64,000 nucleotides of DNA from Bryobacterales bacterium (GTDB taxonomy: Bacteria > Acidobacteriota > Terriglobia > Bryobacterales > UBA6623): NCBI GenBank assembly GCA_028819255.1, contig JAPPMB010000116.1:34810-98809 (forward strand), given 5' to 3'. Under the pieces are notes generated by a model that saw only the letters and a list, made by a program, of their open reading frames with translations, was not told the DNA's origin and ran no database searches. Made by a program: the position numbers and the translations under genes. How positions within the stretch are numbered: position 1 is the stretch's first letter; each line of letters starts with the position of its first letter. Positions 45,142-54,631 of this stretch are shown piece after piece.

Positions 45142-46697
45142 TGCTGCGCGTACTAACGGCAGCCGAGATGCGCGAGGCGGATCGGGCGACGATCCAGGAC
45201 CGGCACGTGCCGAGCCTCGTCCTCATGGAGAACGCCGCCTTCGCCGTCACGCGATGCCTTGCCGAGAGGTTTGCCGATCTGGAGCGCGCAAAGGTGCTTG
45301 TGCTTTGCGGCAAGGGCAACAACGGCGGGGACGGCCTTGCCGTGGCCCGGCAGCTGCTGGTCCGGCACCCCGGACTGGACCTCCGGGTCGTTGTGCTCGC
45401 CGAACCGGAGGACCTCTCGCCGGACGCGCTCGCCAATCTGAAGATGCTCGCGGCCCAGGACCACCGGCCTCTCGTCGCCTCGACCCCCGATCGCTGGCAG
45501 GCCCTGCTCCCGGACCTGTCCGACTCGACAGTGATCGTGGACGCGGTGCTCGGAACCGGTCTGTCGGGTCCGGTCCGAGGAATACCCGCACAAGTGGTCT
45601 CGGACGTCAACGCCGGATTCCGCAATGCCACGGTCATCGCCGCAGACATGCCGTCCGGCCTGGGCAGCGACTCGGGCAGGCTGCTGGGCGGGACCATGCG
45701 GGCCGACCACACCGTGACCTTCACGGCCCCCAAGGCAAGCCAGGTGCTCCCGCCGTCGTGTGAGCGCGTCGGAACACTGGAAGTCGCCGCGATCGGCACG
45801 GCCGGTTCGGTGCTTGATGCGCTGCCCGGTCCGCGAGTCCTGCTCAGTGAGGCCTCTGACGCTGCAGAGTACGCGCGGCCCAGAGCATTGGCGGCGCACA
45901 AGGGAACCTGCGGCCACGTGATCGCCGTTGGAGGGTCGCGATCAAAGCCCGGCGCGATCCTGATGGCCGGCACCGCGGCGCTGAGGGCCGGGGCCGGCCT
46001 GGTCACCGTTGCCACCGCTGCGGGCGCGTCGCAGACCATCATCACCGCCACCCCCGAACTCATGCTGGAGCGGGGCCGGGAGCTCCCGGACGGCACCCTG
46101 GGGCCGGATTCCTTCGATGAGGGGATCTTTGACGGCAAGACGGTCGCGGCCCTCGGACCGGGCCTGGGGACGTCCAGGTCGAACGTCGCACTCGCCGGAC
46201 AGGTCTACGAGAAATGCCCGCTGCCCCTAGTGGTCGATGCGGACGGTCTGGCAGCGGTCCGGCTCGGCATCCCCCGCTCCGCCCCGACGGTGCTGACGCC
46301 TCACCCGGGCGAGATGGCCCGGCTGGTCGGAACCGACACGGGGACCATTGCGCGGAACCGGCTTCAAGTCGTGAGGCAGGCGGCCTCCCGCACCGGGGCG
46401 GTCGTGGTGCTGAAGGGCCAGCGCTCCCTGATCGCCTCGCCAGACGGCGATACGGCGGTCAATCCGACCGGCACGCCGGGCATGGCCACGGCGGGTTCGG
46501 GCGACATTTTAACGGGCATCGTTGCCGGACTGATGGCTCAGTTTCCGGACCGACCGCTGTTCGAGACCGTTGCGGCGGCCGTTTATCTTCACGGGCTGGC
46601 GGGCGAGCTGGCCAGCAACGATCTGGGCGAGCAGGGGATGCTGGCGACCGACATCGGGCGCCATCTCGCGGACACCAGGAGGGCGATCGAGACGTGA
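45141..46697 (+). CDS. nnr: Bifunctional NAD(P)H-hydrate repair enzyme (epimerase/dehydratase)
   Basis: 518 aa with the YjeF-N block (VLCGKGNNGGDGLAVAR) and the YjeF-C carbohydrate-kinase-like block (GTPGMATAGSGDILTG). Confidence 0.9.
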   Translation: MLRVLTAAEMREADRATIQDRHVPSLVLMENAAFAVTRCLAERFADLERAKVLVLCGKGNNGGDGLAVARQLLVRHPGLDLRVVVLAEPEDLSPDALANLKMLAAQDHRPLVASTPDRWQALLPDLSDSTVIVDAVLGTGLSGPVRGIPAQVVSDVNAGFRNATVIAADMPSGLGSDSGRLLGGTMRADHTVTFTAPKASQVLPPSCERVGTLEVAAIGTAGSVLDALPGPRVLLSEASDAAEYARPRALAAHKGTCGHVIAVGGSRSKPGAILMAGTAALRAGAGLVTVATAAGASQTIITATPELMLERGRELPDGTLGPDSFDEGIFDGKTVAALGPGLGTSRSNVALAGQVYEKCPLPLVVDADGLAAVRLGIPRSAPTVLTPHPGEMARLVGTDTGTIARNRLQVVRQAASRTGAVVVLKGQRSLIASPDGDTAVNPTGTPGMATAGSGDILTGIVAGLMAQFPDRPLFETVAAAVYLHGLAGELASNDLGEQGMLATDIGRHLADTRRAIET

Positions 46698-47161
46698 CCT
46701 ACCGGACCACTTCAGCAGAGGAGACCACCGCGGTCGGGGAGGCGGTCGCGGCCCGCCTCAGGCCCCCGGCGGTCGTCATGCTGATCGGCGAACTAGGGGC
46801 GGGAAAGACCACGATGGCCAAGGGGATCGTGTCCGCTCTTGGCGTCGCGCCCGTCGCGGACGTGCTGAGCCCGACGTTCTCGCTGGTCCACGAGTACGAT
46901 GGGGACCCGAAGGTCTACCACCTCGACCTGTACCGCCTCGACACCGTGCCCGAACTGGAGACGCTGGGACTCGAGGACATCTGGGACGAGCCCGCCATCG
47001 TCATCGTCGAGTGGGGCGAGAAGTTCGATTCCGAACTGCCGGGCGAGAGGCTCGAAGTGCATATGGAGTACGATGGCGAGGATTCGCGGATCATTCGGCT
47101 GGAGGGGAGCGACTGGCCCGCCGCCCAAGCCGGGAGCCCGGTCCGCACCCGGAATCAGTGA
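46694..47161 (+). CDS. tsaE: tRNA t6A37 biosynthesis ATPase TsaE
   Basis: GTG at 46694 overlaps the nnr stop. Contains GELGAGKTT, SPTFSLVHEY and HLDLYRL. Confidence 0.88.
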   Translation: MTYRTTSAEETTAVGEAVAARLRPPAVVMLIGELGAGKTTMAKGIVSALGVAPVADVLSPTFSLVHEYDGDPKVYHLDLYRLDTVPELETLGLEDIWDEPAIVIVEWGEKFDSELPGERLEVHMEYDGEDSRIIRLEGSDWPAAQAGSPVRTRNQ

Positions 47162-47751
47162 TGATCGCAGCGCTCCGCGGGAAGGTGGCCGAAAAGCAGG
47201 CCGGCGCCATCGTCCTGGACGTGGGAGGGGTCGGCTACGAGGTCCTGATCCCGATCGAGACCTACAGCCGCATCGGCGAGCCGGGCGAGGAGGTCTCCCT
47301 GCACATCCACACCCACGTCCGGGAGAACGTCCTGGCGCTGTTCGGCTTCCATGCCCGCCAGGACAAGGAGCTCTTCGAGAAATTCCTGGGCGTCAGCGGC
47401 GTGGGTCCGCGCCTGGGACTGGCCTTGCTGTCAGGCCTGTCGACGCCGGAACTGCTGCGGGCGATCCGGACCGGAGACACGAAGAAGCTCGTCCGCATTC
47501 CCGGCGTGGGCAAGCGGACCGGGCAGCGGATCATCCTAGAATTGAAGGACAAGCTCGAGGCCTTCGACAGCGACGACGACGGCGCCGGGGACGGCGCGAC
47601 GGCGGTGGAGGAAGACGTGATCTCCGTTCTGGTCAACCTGGGCTGCAGTCCGGCCGCTGCCGCGCGCGGTGTCGCGGCCGCGAGGCGCAAAGGGGCTCCC
47701 GCAGAGTTCGAGACGCTGTTCCGCACCGCCATGGCATCCATCAAGCGCTAG
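47161..47751 (+). CDS. ruvA: Holliday junction DNA helicase subunit RuvA
   Basis: ATG at 47161 shares a base with the tsaE stop. Sequence: MIAALRGKV...GVGYEVLIP...FLGVSGVGPRLGLALLS...IPGVGKRTGQRIILELKDK. Confidence 0.93.
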   Translation: MIAALRGKVAEKQAGAIVLDVGGVGYEVLIPIETYSRIGEPGEEVSLHIHTHVRENVLALFGFHARQDKELFEKFLGVSGVGPRLGLALLSGLSTPELLRAIRTGDTKKLVRIPGVGKRTGQRIILELKDKLEAFDSDDDGAGDGATAVEEDVISVLVNLGCSPAAAARGVAAARRKGAPAEFETLFRTAMASIKR

Positions 47752-47757
47752 CAGCCC

Positions 47758-48798
47758 ATGGCCCGCAAGCAGGTTGTCAGCCCATACGGCTCCGACGAGG
47801 ACCGGGTTTCCGACCTCGCTCTCCGGCCGAAACGGCTGGACGAGTTTGTCGGCCAGAATCCGCTCAAGGAGATTCTCTCGATCGCGATCGAGGCCGCCAC
47901 AAGACGCGGCGACGCGCTCGACCACGTGCTGCTGTACGGCCCGCCGGGCCTGGGCAAGACGACGCTCGCGATGATCATCGCCAACGAGCTGGGAGTGCAT
48001 TCGGACTTCACCTCCGGACCGGTGCTGCAGAAGAAGCTGGACCTGACGGGGGTGCTCACCACGATGCAGAAGCGCCAGGTCTTCTTTGTCGACGAGATCC
48101 ACCGGCTGCTCGCCGACGTCGAGGAAATGCTGTATTCAGCGCTGGAGGACTACCGTGTCGACCTGGTGGTGGGAACCGGACCCGGCGCCCGCATGCACTC
48201 GATTCCGGTGGCGCCGTTCACGGCGATCGGGGCGACGACCCGCCAAGGCCTGATCAGCGCACCCCTGCGGGCGCGATTCGGCATCACTCTCCGCATCAAC
48301 CCCTACGACACGGTCGACCTGACGCGGATCGTCTTCCGGTCGGCGGGCCTGCTAGGCGTGGAAATCACCGACGACGCGGCCGAGGAGATCGCTCGCAGGT
48401 CGCGCGGCACGCCCCGGATCGCGAACCGGCTGCTGCGGCGCGTGAGGGACTACTCGGAGGTGCGGGCGGACGGCCACGTGACCCACGAGGTCGCCGTGAC
48501 CGCGCTCGACATGCTCGAAGTGGATCCGCTGGGCCTTGACGAGATCGACCGCAAGATCATGGAGACGATTCTGGGCAAGTACTCCGGCGGCCCGGTCGGG
48601 CTGAACACCATCTCCGCGTCCGTGGGCGAAGACGCGCACACCATCGAGGAGGTCTACGAGCCATACCTCATGCAGCTCGGGTTTCTTGACCGGACGCACC
48701 GGGGCCGGGTCGGAACGCTCGTGGCGTACGAGCACTTCGACATGACCCCGCCGGCGGGCATCCAGCCCACCCTGGGATTCCTGGGGGCGGACACATGA
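47758..48798 (+). CDS. ruvB: Holliday junction DNA helicase RuvB
   Basis: 346 aa with LRPKRLDEFVGQ, LLYGPPGLGKTTLA, FVDEIHRL and RTHRGR. Confidence 0.95.
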   Translation: MARKQVVSPYGSDEDRVSDLALRPKRLDEFVGQNPLKEILSIAIEAATRRGDALDHVLLYGPPGLGKTTLAMIIANELGVHSDFTSGPVLQKKLDLTGVLTTMQKRQVFFVDEIHRLLADVEEMLYSALEDYRVDLVVGTGPGARMHSIPVAPFTAIGATTRQGLISAPLRARFGITLRINPYDTVDLTRIVFRSAGLLGVEITDDAAEEIARRSRGTPRIANRLLRRVRDYSEVRADGHVTHEVAVTALDMLEVDPLGLDEIDRKIMETILGKYSGGPVGLNTISASVGEDAHTIEEVYEPYLMQLGFLDRTHRGRVGTLVAYEHFDMTPPAGIQPTLGFLGADT

Positions 48799-49430
48799 GG
48801 AAGGCGCCGCACTACATCGCGGTCGAAGGGCCGCTGCGGGTCGGCAAGAAGAGACTTGCCACGGCCCTGGCGGATCACCTTCGGGGCCGCGACATTCTCG
48901 ATGACCGGGAGAATCCACACCTGGAGGGCTTCTACCTGGGCCGGGCCGGGGCCGCGTTTCGAGCTCAGATGCACTCCCTGATCGGGCGCTACCGCAAGCT
49001 CTCCGAAGCCGGAATCGAGCAGTCGCACTTTCCTGTCGTGACGGACTTCCTGTTCGAGAAAGACAAGCTGTTCGCATACCTCAACCTGGACGACGACGAA
49101 ATCGCGATCTACGACGCCTACTACAGGCTGTTCAAGGGCCTGCTTCCGGATCCCGACCTCACGGTCTACCTCAAGGCGACACCCGAACGGCTGCGCGCCC
49201 AGCTGTCGGAACTGCGGGACGACCCGGATGCGAGAGTCTCGGATGCCTACCTAGAAGGGACGGTCCAGGCCTATGACCACTTCTTCAGCAGGTACCAGGC
49301 GGCAGACGTCCTCGTGGTGGACACGGACCAGACCGACATCCTCAGCAATCCCGAGGACCTCGATAGCCTGCTCGAGGAACTGACCAAACCCGTCACGGGA
49401 ACGCAGTTCTTTCTGCCGCTGGGGTCATAG
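48795..49430 (+). CDS. Deoxynucleoside kinase-family protein
   Basis: 211 aa with a dNK-like layout (YIAVEGPLRVGKKRLA...FLFEKD...YL). The P-loop reads GPLRVGKK, with Lys where Ser/Thr is usual. Overlaps the ruvB stop (ATGA). Confidence 0.7.
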   Translation: MRKAPHYIAVEGPLRVGKKRLATALADHLRGRDILDDRENPHLEGFYLGRAGAAFRAQMHSLIGRYRKLSEAGIEQSHFPVVTDFLFEKDKLFAYLNLDDDEIAIYDAYYRLFKGLLPDPDLTVYLKATPERLRAQLSELRDDPDARVSDAYLEGTVQAYDHFFSRYQAADVLVVDTDQTDILSNPEDLDSLLEELTKPVTGTQFFLPLGS

Positions 49431-49486
49431 GCGGCAACGCCCAGACCTGTCCGCAGCCACTTCAGAACCCCGAGGACCCAACCGCC

Positions 49487-50356
49487 ATGCTCTTTGACTG
49501 GACCACACTGCTCGCCGCATTCGGCGGAGGCCTGTTCGCTGCGGCGATCGGAACGCTGCCGTCCTTCGTGTTCACCGGCGTGCTCGTTCTCGTGGGCGCA
49601 GCCGTTGCGGCTTCCGGAGGCGGCACGGAGATGCTGACACACGTGGCGTTCGGTCCGGTCTTCGGTCCGCACATCGCATTCGGCGGCGGCGCGGCGGCGA
49701 CCGCCTACGCCCATCGTCGGGGCCTGATTCCGAGCGGAAGGGACATTGCTCTGCCCCTCATGGGCGTCGGGCGCCCCGAGGTACTGATCATCGGAGGCTG
49801 CTTCGGCATGCTGGGCTATCTGCTGAACGCCGGCTGGCAGTTCGCCGGGCTGGGCCCCCGGACCGACACGATCGCCATGACCGTGGTGGTCTCCGCCATG
49901 GTCGCGCGGCTTGTCTTCGGCCGAACCCCACTGGCGAGCAGGCGGTTTCGGCCAAATGAGAAGTCGAACTGGGTGCGGCATCAGGAACGGCCGACCCAGT
50001 TCGTGACGATCGGCCTGGGAGTCGGCCTGCTGTCGGCCTTTGTCGCGCTCACGTTCGGAGCAGACCGCGGAGGCGACGTCCTAGGGTTCGGAATCGCGGC
50101 GGCGTCCCTGGTCTTCGCACAGTTCGGGCTCAAGGTGCCGGTGACACATCACATGGCGCTGCCGGCGGCCGTGGCGGCGCTGGCCACGGGGGACTTGGTT
50201 GTCGGAACGACGTTCGGGATCGTGGGAGCCTGCGCGGGGGAGGGGTTCTCACGCGTATTCCACCAGCATGGCGACACGCACATTGACCCGCCGGCGGCTG
50301 GAATTGCGATCACGGTGGCGCTGATCCGGATCATCTGGCCGGTCGCACCGATGTAG
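49487..50356 (+). CDS. Hypothetical polytopic membrane protein
   Basis: 289 aa, Gly/Ala-rich, with multiple hydrophobic helices. No family recognised. Its last ~20 codons are duplicated at 51319-51407. Confidence 0.6.
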   Translation: MLFDWTTLLAAFGGGLFAAAIGTLPSFVFTGVLVLVGAAVAASGGGTEMLTHVAFGPVFGPHIAFGGGAAATAYAHRRGLIPSGRDIALPLMGVGRPEVLIIGGCFGMLGYLLNAGWQFAGLGPRTDTIAMTVVVSAMVARLVFGRTPLASRRFRPNEKSNWVRHQERPTQFVTIGLGVGLLSAFVALTFGADRGGDVLGFGIAAASLVFAQFGLKVPVTHHMALPAAVAALATGDLVVGTTFGIVGACAGEGFSRVFHQHGDTHIDPPAAGIAITVALIRIIWPVAPM

Positions 50357-50385
50357 AGCTGGATCCTCGGGAGAACACGGCGGCC
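50297..50385. repeat. Direct repeat copy 1 (3' end of the membrane-protein gene)
   Basis: Ungapped 89-bp alignment to 51319-51407 with 69/89 identities by hand count. The core is ctgatccggatc[a/g]t[c/t]tggccggt[c/t]gcaccgat. Confidence 0.75.
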
Positions 50386-50601
50386 GCTTGGGCCCACTGG
50401 GTTCAAGGCGATTCATCGAGACGGCAAGCTGACCGCAGGCGCCTTCCGGAAGTCAGCCGAACATGAAAGGGTATCGCTGTGGTTCTTCCGTAGTGTGGAG
50501 TGCGCCCCAAAGTCGACCTGGACCTCCGGCCGCACGATGCCGTTTGCCTCAATCAGCGGTTCCTAGCCGACGTAGAGCCGCTCAGCCTCCAGTCAGTTGC
50601 G

Positions 50602-50910
50602 TTACGCGGCCAATCGCGCTCGAGCTCGCGCCAGATCGTACCGTGCCTGACGCCACAGCCATGATTCGGCGCTCCCCCAGCCGGCAGACTCCAGCCGCAC
50701 TGCCATATCCGGGGTAATTGCGCAGTGGCCGTGAATGACGCGACTGAGCGTCTTGCGATCCACTCCCAGTCGCTTCGCCGCCGCGGTCACGCTGGCCGCG
50801 CCACCACGGCGAGCTGCGTCCGCTCCGATGCAGCCATCCACGATGGCCTGACCCGGATGCTCCGGGTTCCGACGCAGCCACGCATCCTCCCTCGCAGCAA
50901 TCTCAGCCAT
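50602..50910 (-). CDS. higA: HigA-family antitoxin (XRE HTH)
   Basis: 102 aa with HPGQAIVDGCI...SVTAAAKRLGVDRKTLSRVIHGHCAITPDMAVRLESA. Lies 8 nt downstream of the toxin gene, in the HigBA gene order. Confidence 0.85.
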   Translation of the reverse strand: MAEIAAREDAWLRRNPEHPGQAIVDGCIGADAARRGGAASVTAAAKRLGVDRKTLSRVIHGHCAITPDMAVRLESAGWGSAESWLWRQARYDLARARARLAA

Positions 50911-50918
50911 TGTCCCTC

Positions 50919-51257
50919 CTAGTGGTGGTAGTTCTCATAGCGGACGGCCCACACGTCGCCCTCCGCGTCGACGCGAAACGTCACTCTCCAGCCGCGCGAT
51001 ACCCTCACGCTCCATTCGCCCGCTCGCTTGCCCTGCAGCCGATGCAGCCAATAGGTTGGCAGAGACAGCGCGCGCAGAGGCTCCGGCCCGTCCAGCGCAG
51101 CAAGGATATCCCCCAGGCGCCGAACATGCGCCGGATTGACGCCCCGCGAGTCGCCGCGATGGAACAGCCGCTCAGCCGCGCCGCGCCTGAAGCTCCGTAT
51201 CGCCAAGCCTAGTGTGTACCAAGACAAGGTACGTTCGTCAAGTGATCCCGGTGGCAC
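50919..51257 (-). CDS. higB: HigB/RelE-ParE-superfamily toxin
   Basis: Contains IRSFRRGAAERLFHRGDSRGVNPAHVRRLGDILAALD...LHRLQGKRAGEWSVRVSRGWRVTFRVDAEGDVWAVRYENYH. A TTG at 51206 (MAIRSF, 96 aa) is the more typical start. Confidence 0.8.
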   Translation of the reverse strand: MPPGSLDERTLSWYTLGLAIRSFRRGAAERLFHRGDSRGVNPAHVRRLGDILAALDGPEPLRALSLPTYWLHRLQGKRAGEWSVRVSRGWRVTFRVDAEGDVWAVRYENYHH

Positions 51258-51318
51258 CGCCCAAAGTGGCGGACCTCCTAGAAGGGAGCTGCGCCGGCTG
51301 CGAGCAGGTCACGCTGGT

Positions 51319-51407
51319 GCTGGATTCGCGCTCATGATCGCTCTGATCCGGATCGTTTGGCCGGTTGCACCGATACGGAACGGGATCCCCGAGGGAGCAT
51401 GGCGGCC
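51319..51407. repeat. Direct repeat copy 2 (relic gene 3' end)
   Basis: Encodes ...AGFALMIALIRIVWPVAPI..., compared with ...AGIAITVALIRIIWPVAPM* in copy 1. Confidence 0.75.
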
Positions 51408-51503
51408 CAGACGCGGCAGCCGCTCGAATCCGCACGGCATCCTCAAGAGCCTTCTGAAACAGGCCCAAGCACCGAGGCTGCGTTGTATCATTGGATTGTT
51501 CCA

Positions 51504-52730
51504 ATGGGCTCGCGCTTCAAGTTCAGCGTTATCTGCAGTTCCTTCCTGATCACGATCCTCCTCGTCGTCGGGGCCGTTCTAGGCAAGAGCGAGGAGCAGG
51601 AGGGGGCCTACCGGCCCCTCGCGGTGTACACGGAGATCCTCGCGAGAATCAAGAGCGACTACGTCGAGGAGCCCGACATCCCGAAGGTCACCCAGGGGGC
51701 GATCCAGGGCTTGGTGGAATACCTAGACCCGGTCTCAAGCTACCTCGTTCCCGAGCAGTACGCCGAATACCAGGCCGCACGGGAATCGATCGACGGCGGC
51801 AGCGGACTGTCCACGGGCATGATCGTCCGCAAGCAGGGGGCCTACACGAGCGTGATGGCGGTCTTGCCGAACTCCCCTGCGGCACAGGCCGGAATCCGGG
51901 CCGACGATCTCCTCGACGCGATCGACAACATCAGCACGCGGGTCATGCCGCCTGCGTATCTGCTGTCGCGTTTGAGCGGCGAGCCCGGCAGCAGCGTCAC
52001 GGTGATGGTGCGGTCTTCGTCGGACTATGACTCGCCGGTCGAGCACACCCTGGTGCGAGTGGAGCCGGTGCTGCCAGATGTTCAGCGCCGTTTGCGGGAT
52101 GACGGCATAGGCTACGTGGACGCCGACGTGCTCGGCGCCGAACAAGTGGACCAGATCGCCGACGCCTTCAAGGATCTGGAAGCCCAAGGGGCCGACCGAC
52201 TGATCCTCGACTTGCGTGGGAACGCGCTGGGAACGCCCGAGGATGGGATCGCACTGGCGAACCTGCTGATGGACCAGGGGCTGATCACCACCCTTGAGGG
52301 CCAGGGCTACTCCCAAGAGGCGATCCATGCCAGTCCCGGCTCCAAAGTGACGTCCCTGCCGATCGCGGTCATCGTCAGCCGCCCGACGGCGGGAGGGGCC
52401 GAGATTGCGGCCGCAGCGATCCAGCAGAGCGGGCGCGGAGAGGTCGTGGGCGAGTCCACGGCGGGTCTCGCCGCCTTGCAGGAGGAGATCCGGCTCGACG
52501 ACGGCGCGGCACTGATCCTGTCAGTCGCGACCTACCGCGGGCCGAATGGAGAGCCGGTGCACAAGGACGGCCTGGAACCCGACCGGCCAGTCTCGCCGCG
52601 CGACCTGCGGCGCTATCGCGATGTCCAGCGTCGGGAATTCGATTCGCCGGAAGCCCGGCGGGAGGCGGTGGAAGAGGCGGGAGATCCGTTTCTCCAGAAA
52701 GCGCTCGAGGCGCTGGGCGGCACTGCCTGA
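51504..52730 (+). CDS. S41 family C-terminal processing peptidase
   Basis: Internal ATG at 51504 (MGSRFKFSVICSSFLITILLVV). Contains S41-like blocks (YTEILARIKSDYVEEPD, a PDZ region, LILDLRGNALG). Confidence 0.85.
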   Translation: MGSRFKFSVICSSFLITILLVVGAVLGKSEEQEGAYRPLAVYTEILARIKSDYVEEPDIPKVTQGAIQGLVEYLDPVSSYLVPEQYAEYQAARESIDGGSGLSTGMIVRKQGAYTSVMAVLPNSPAAQAGIRADDLLDAIDNISTRVMPPAYLLSRLSGEPGSSVTVMVRSSSDYDSPVEHTLVRVEPVLPDVQRRLRDDGIGYVDADVLGAEQVDQIADAFKDLEAQGADRLILDLRGNALGTPEDGIALANLLMDQGLITTLEGQGYSQEAIHASPGSKVTSLPIAVIVSRPTAGGAEIAAAAIQQSGRGEVVGESTAGLAALQEEIRLDDGAALILSVATYRGPNGEPVHKDGLEPDRPVSPRDLRRYRDVQRREFDSPEARREAVEEAGDPFLQKALEALGGTA

Positions 52731-52744
52731 CCCCCTGACTTGGC

Positions 52745-53098
52745 TCACTGCACCAGATCGACCCGGTTCGGCAGCACTTCCTTGGGATTCTCGATCCGAA
52801 TCTCGCCGAACGCCGACTCATACTGTGCAATGTTCTGGGCAAGAACGAGATGCAGGGCCTTGGCCTGCTGCGGACTCATGTAGACGCCGTGAAACGAGGA
52901 GAACGTCACGTCGTTCGGGGACTGGACCTTGAGCCGGCCGAACTGAAGGAAGAAATCCCAGACGCTGACGTTGACCTGGACACTGTTCGCATAGTCCTCG
53001 CGATACTCTTCCAGACGCTCAACGCGCACTTTGTCGGGCTGCGGGCGGACCTGCTCTGCGCCAGCCAGGGGCTTGTTGTCCATGTCCGTATTATGCAA
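52745..53098 (-). CDS. DUF3467 domain protein
   Basis: 117 aa with YANSVQVNVSVWDFFLQFGRL...VYMSPQQAKALHLVLAQNIAQYESAFGEI, which matches my recollection of the DUF3467 pattern. Confidence 0.7.
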   Translation of the reverse strand: MHNTDMDNKPLAGAEQVRPQPDKVRVERLEEYREDYANSVQVNVSVWDFFLQFGRLKVQSPNDVTFSSFHGVYMSPQQAKALHLVLAQNIAQYESAFGEIRIENPKEVLPNRVDLVQ

Positions 53099-53143
53099 CG
53101 GCCGCCGTCTGCCCCTGTTCCCCTGTCAGGTTGAGGGACTCTC

Positions 53144-54562
53144 GTGTTTCAACGCCGACAGCAGCGCGCGGTTCTGCTGCTTGCCACGGTCGACACGATC
53201 CTCGCCGTGATCGCGTTCGCGGGCGCATTCTGGACACGTGCGGCCCTCCCAATGCGGGAACTGCACCTCGATCCCGCCGCCCGGATCCTGGTGCTGGTCG
53301 CGTCGGCAGTTGCGGTCGTGGCAGCCGGGCGGGTGGCCGGCGTCTACTCCAGCCTGTACGCAGGCGACCGGCCGCAGGTGCTCGGCGGAACGCTGAAGCA
53401 GGCGCTGCTCGCGGCCCCCGCCCTGCTCGCATTCCTGTACCTTCTGAATCTCGAAGTGCCGGTCAGCAGGCTGCTCCTAGCGCTCTTCTTCGCCTATCTA
53501 GCGATCCTGCAGGTCGCCCAGCGCCTCCTTGCGGAGGGATTCCTCCCCGAGGTTCGCCGAGCGCTCGGGGCTGTCACCTCGGTTGTGGTCGTCGGCGAAG
53601 GCGACAGGGCGCTCGCACTGGCCCGGGCAGTCGACGATTCCGACCGGCACGGCCTCGAGTTGCTGGCCGTCGTGGGCTGCGGGGACGAAATCGGACCTGT
53701 CGCGGGCCTCTCGCGCGACTACCGCGTGCGGACGGTCGGAGAGATGCCCGCGATGCTCGAGTCGGAGGCGATCGACGAGGTGCTCTTCGCCGTCTCAAGT
53801 TCGCGGCTGCGGTCCCTGGAGGGCGTGTTCGTACTCTGCGACGAGCACGGAATCAAGACGCGTGTGGCCGCGGACTTCTTTCCCCACGTCCACAGCCGGA
53901 TGCATTTCGACCGGCTGGGCGGGCGTCCGATGCTGACCTTCTCGATCGCCCCTGCCGACCATCTCCAGCTGCTGGTCAAGCGCTGTCTCGACGTGCTCGG
54001 CGCCGGAGCGTGCCTTCTGCTGCTGAGCGTGCCGATGGCCCTGGTCGCCGTTTTGGTCAAGGCAACGTCGCCCGGGCCGGCGATTTTCCGGCAGCCGCGC
54101 TGCGGGCTGAACGGCAGGCTCTTCACCTGCTACAAGTTCCGCTCGATGGTCGAAGGGGCCGATTCGCTGCGTGAGGAGATCCGGCATCTCAACGAGAAGG
54201 ACGGACCCGCATTCAAGGTACGAAACGACCCGCGCCTCACGCCGATCGGACGGTTTCTGCGACGCTTCTCCATTGACGAATGGCCGCAGTTCTGGAACAT
54301 CCTGCGGGGCGAGATGTCCTTCGTCGGGCCGCGCCCGGCCATCCCCTCCGAGGTTGGGCAGTACGAGACCTGGCAGCGACGGAGGCTGAGAATGCGGCCC
54401 GGCCTGACGTGCCTGTGGGCGATCCGCGGGCGGGACCAGGTCGACTTCGACAGCTGGATGCAGATGGACCTGGAGTACATCGACAACTGGTCCCTGCTGC
54501 TCGACCTGAGAATCCTCGTGCTGACGGTGCCGGTCGTCGTGGCCGGAAGCGGCGCAAACTGA
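53144..54562 (+). CDS. Exopolysaccharide priming polyprenyl-phosphate glycosyl-1-phosphate transferase (WbaP/EpsB-type sugar transferase)
   Basis: 472 aa with N-terminal TM segments, a CoA-binding-like middle region and the C-terminal bacterial sugar transferase block (PGPAIFRQPRCGLNGRLFTCYKFRSM...DEWPQFWNILRGEMSFVGPRP). Confidence 0.9.
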   Translation: MFQRRQQRAVLLLATVDTILAVIAFAGAFWTRAALPMRELHLDPAARILVLVASAVAVVAAGRVAGVYSSLYAGDRPQVLGGTLKQALLAAPALLAFLYLLNLEVPVSRLLLALFFAYLAILQVAQRLLAEGFLPEVRRALGAVTSVVVVGEGDRALALARAVDDSDRHGLELLAVVGCGDEIGPVAGLSRDYRVRTVGEMPAMLESEAIDEVLFAVSSSRLRSLEGVFVLCDEHGIKTRVAADFFPHVHSRMHFDRLGGRPMLTFSIAPADHLQLLVKRCLDVLGAGACLLLLSVPMALVAVLVKATSPGPAIFRQPRCGLNGRLFTCYKFRSMVEGADSLREEIRHLNEKDGPAFKVRNDPRLTPIGRFLRRFSIDEWPQFWNILRGEMSFVGPRPAIPSEVGQYETWQRRRLRMRPGLTCLWAIRGRDQVDFDSWMQMDLEYIDNWSLLLDLRILVLTVPVVVAGSGAN

Positions 54563-54631
54563 TCCCGTCGATCGCCGGCCCCGGCCCGGTGGGATCGGGC
54601 CCGTTCCGCCCTTGGTATTCTCGTAGGCCCC

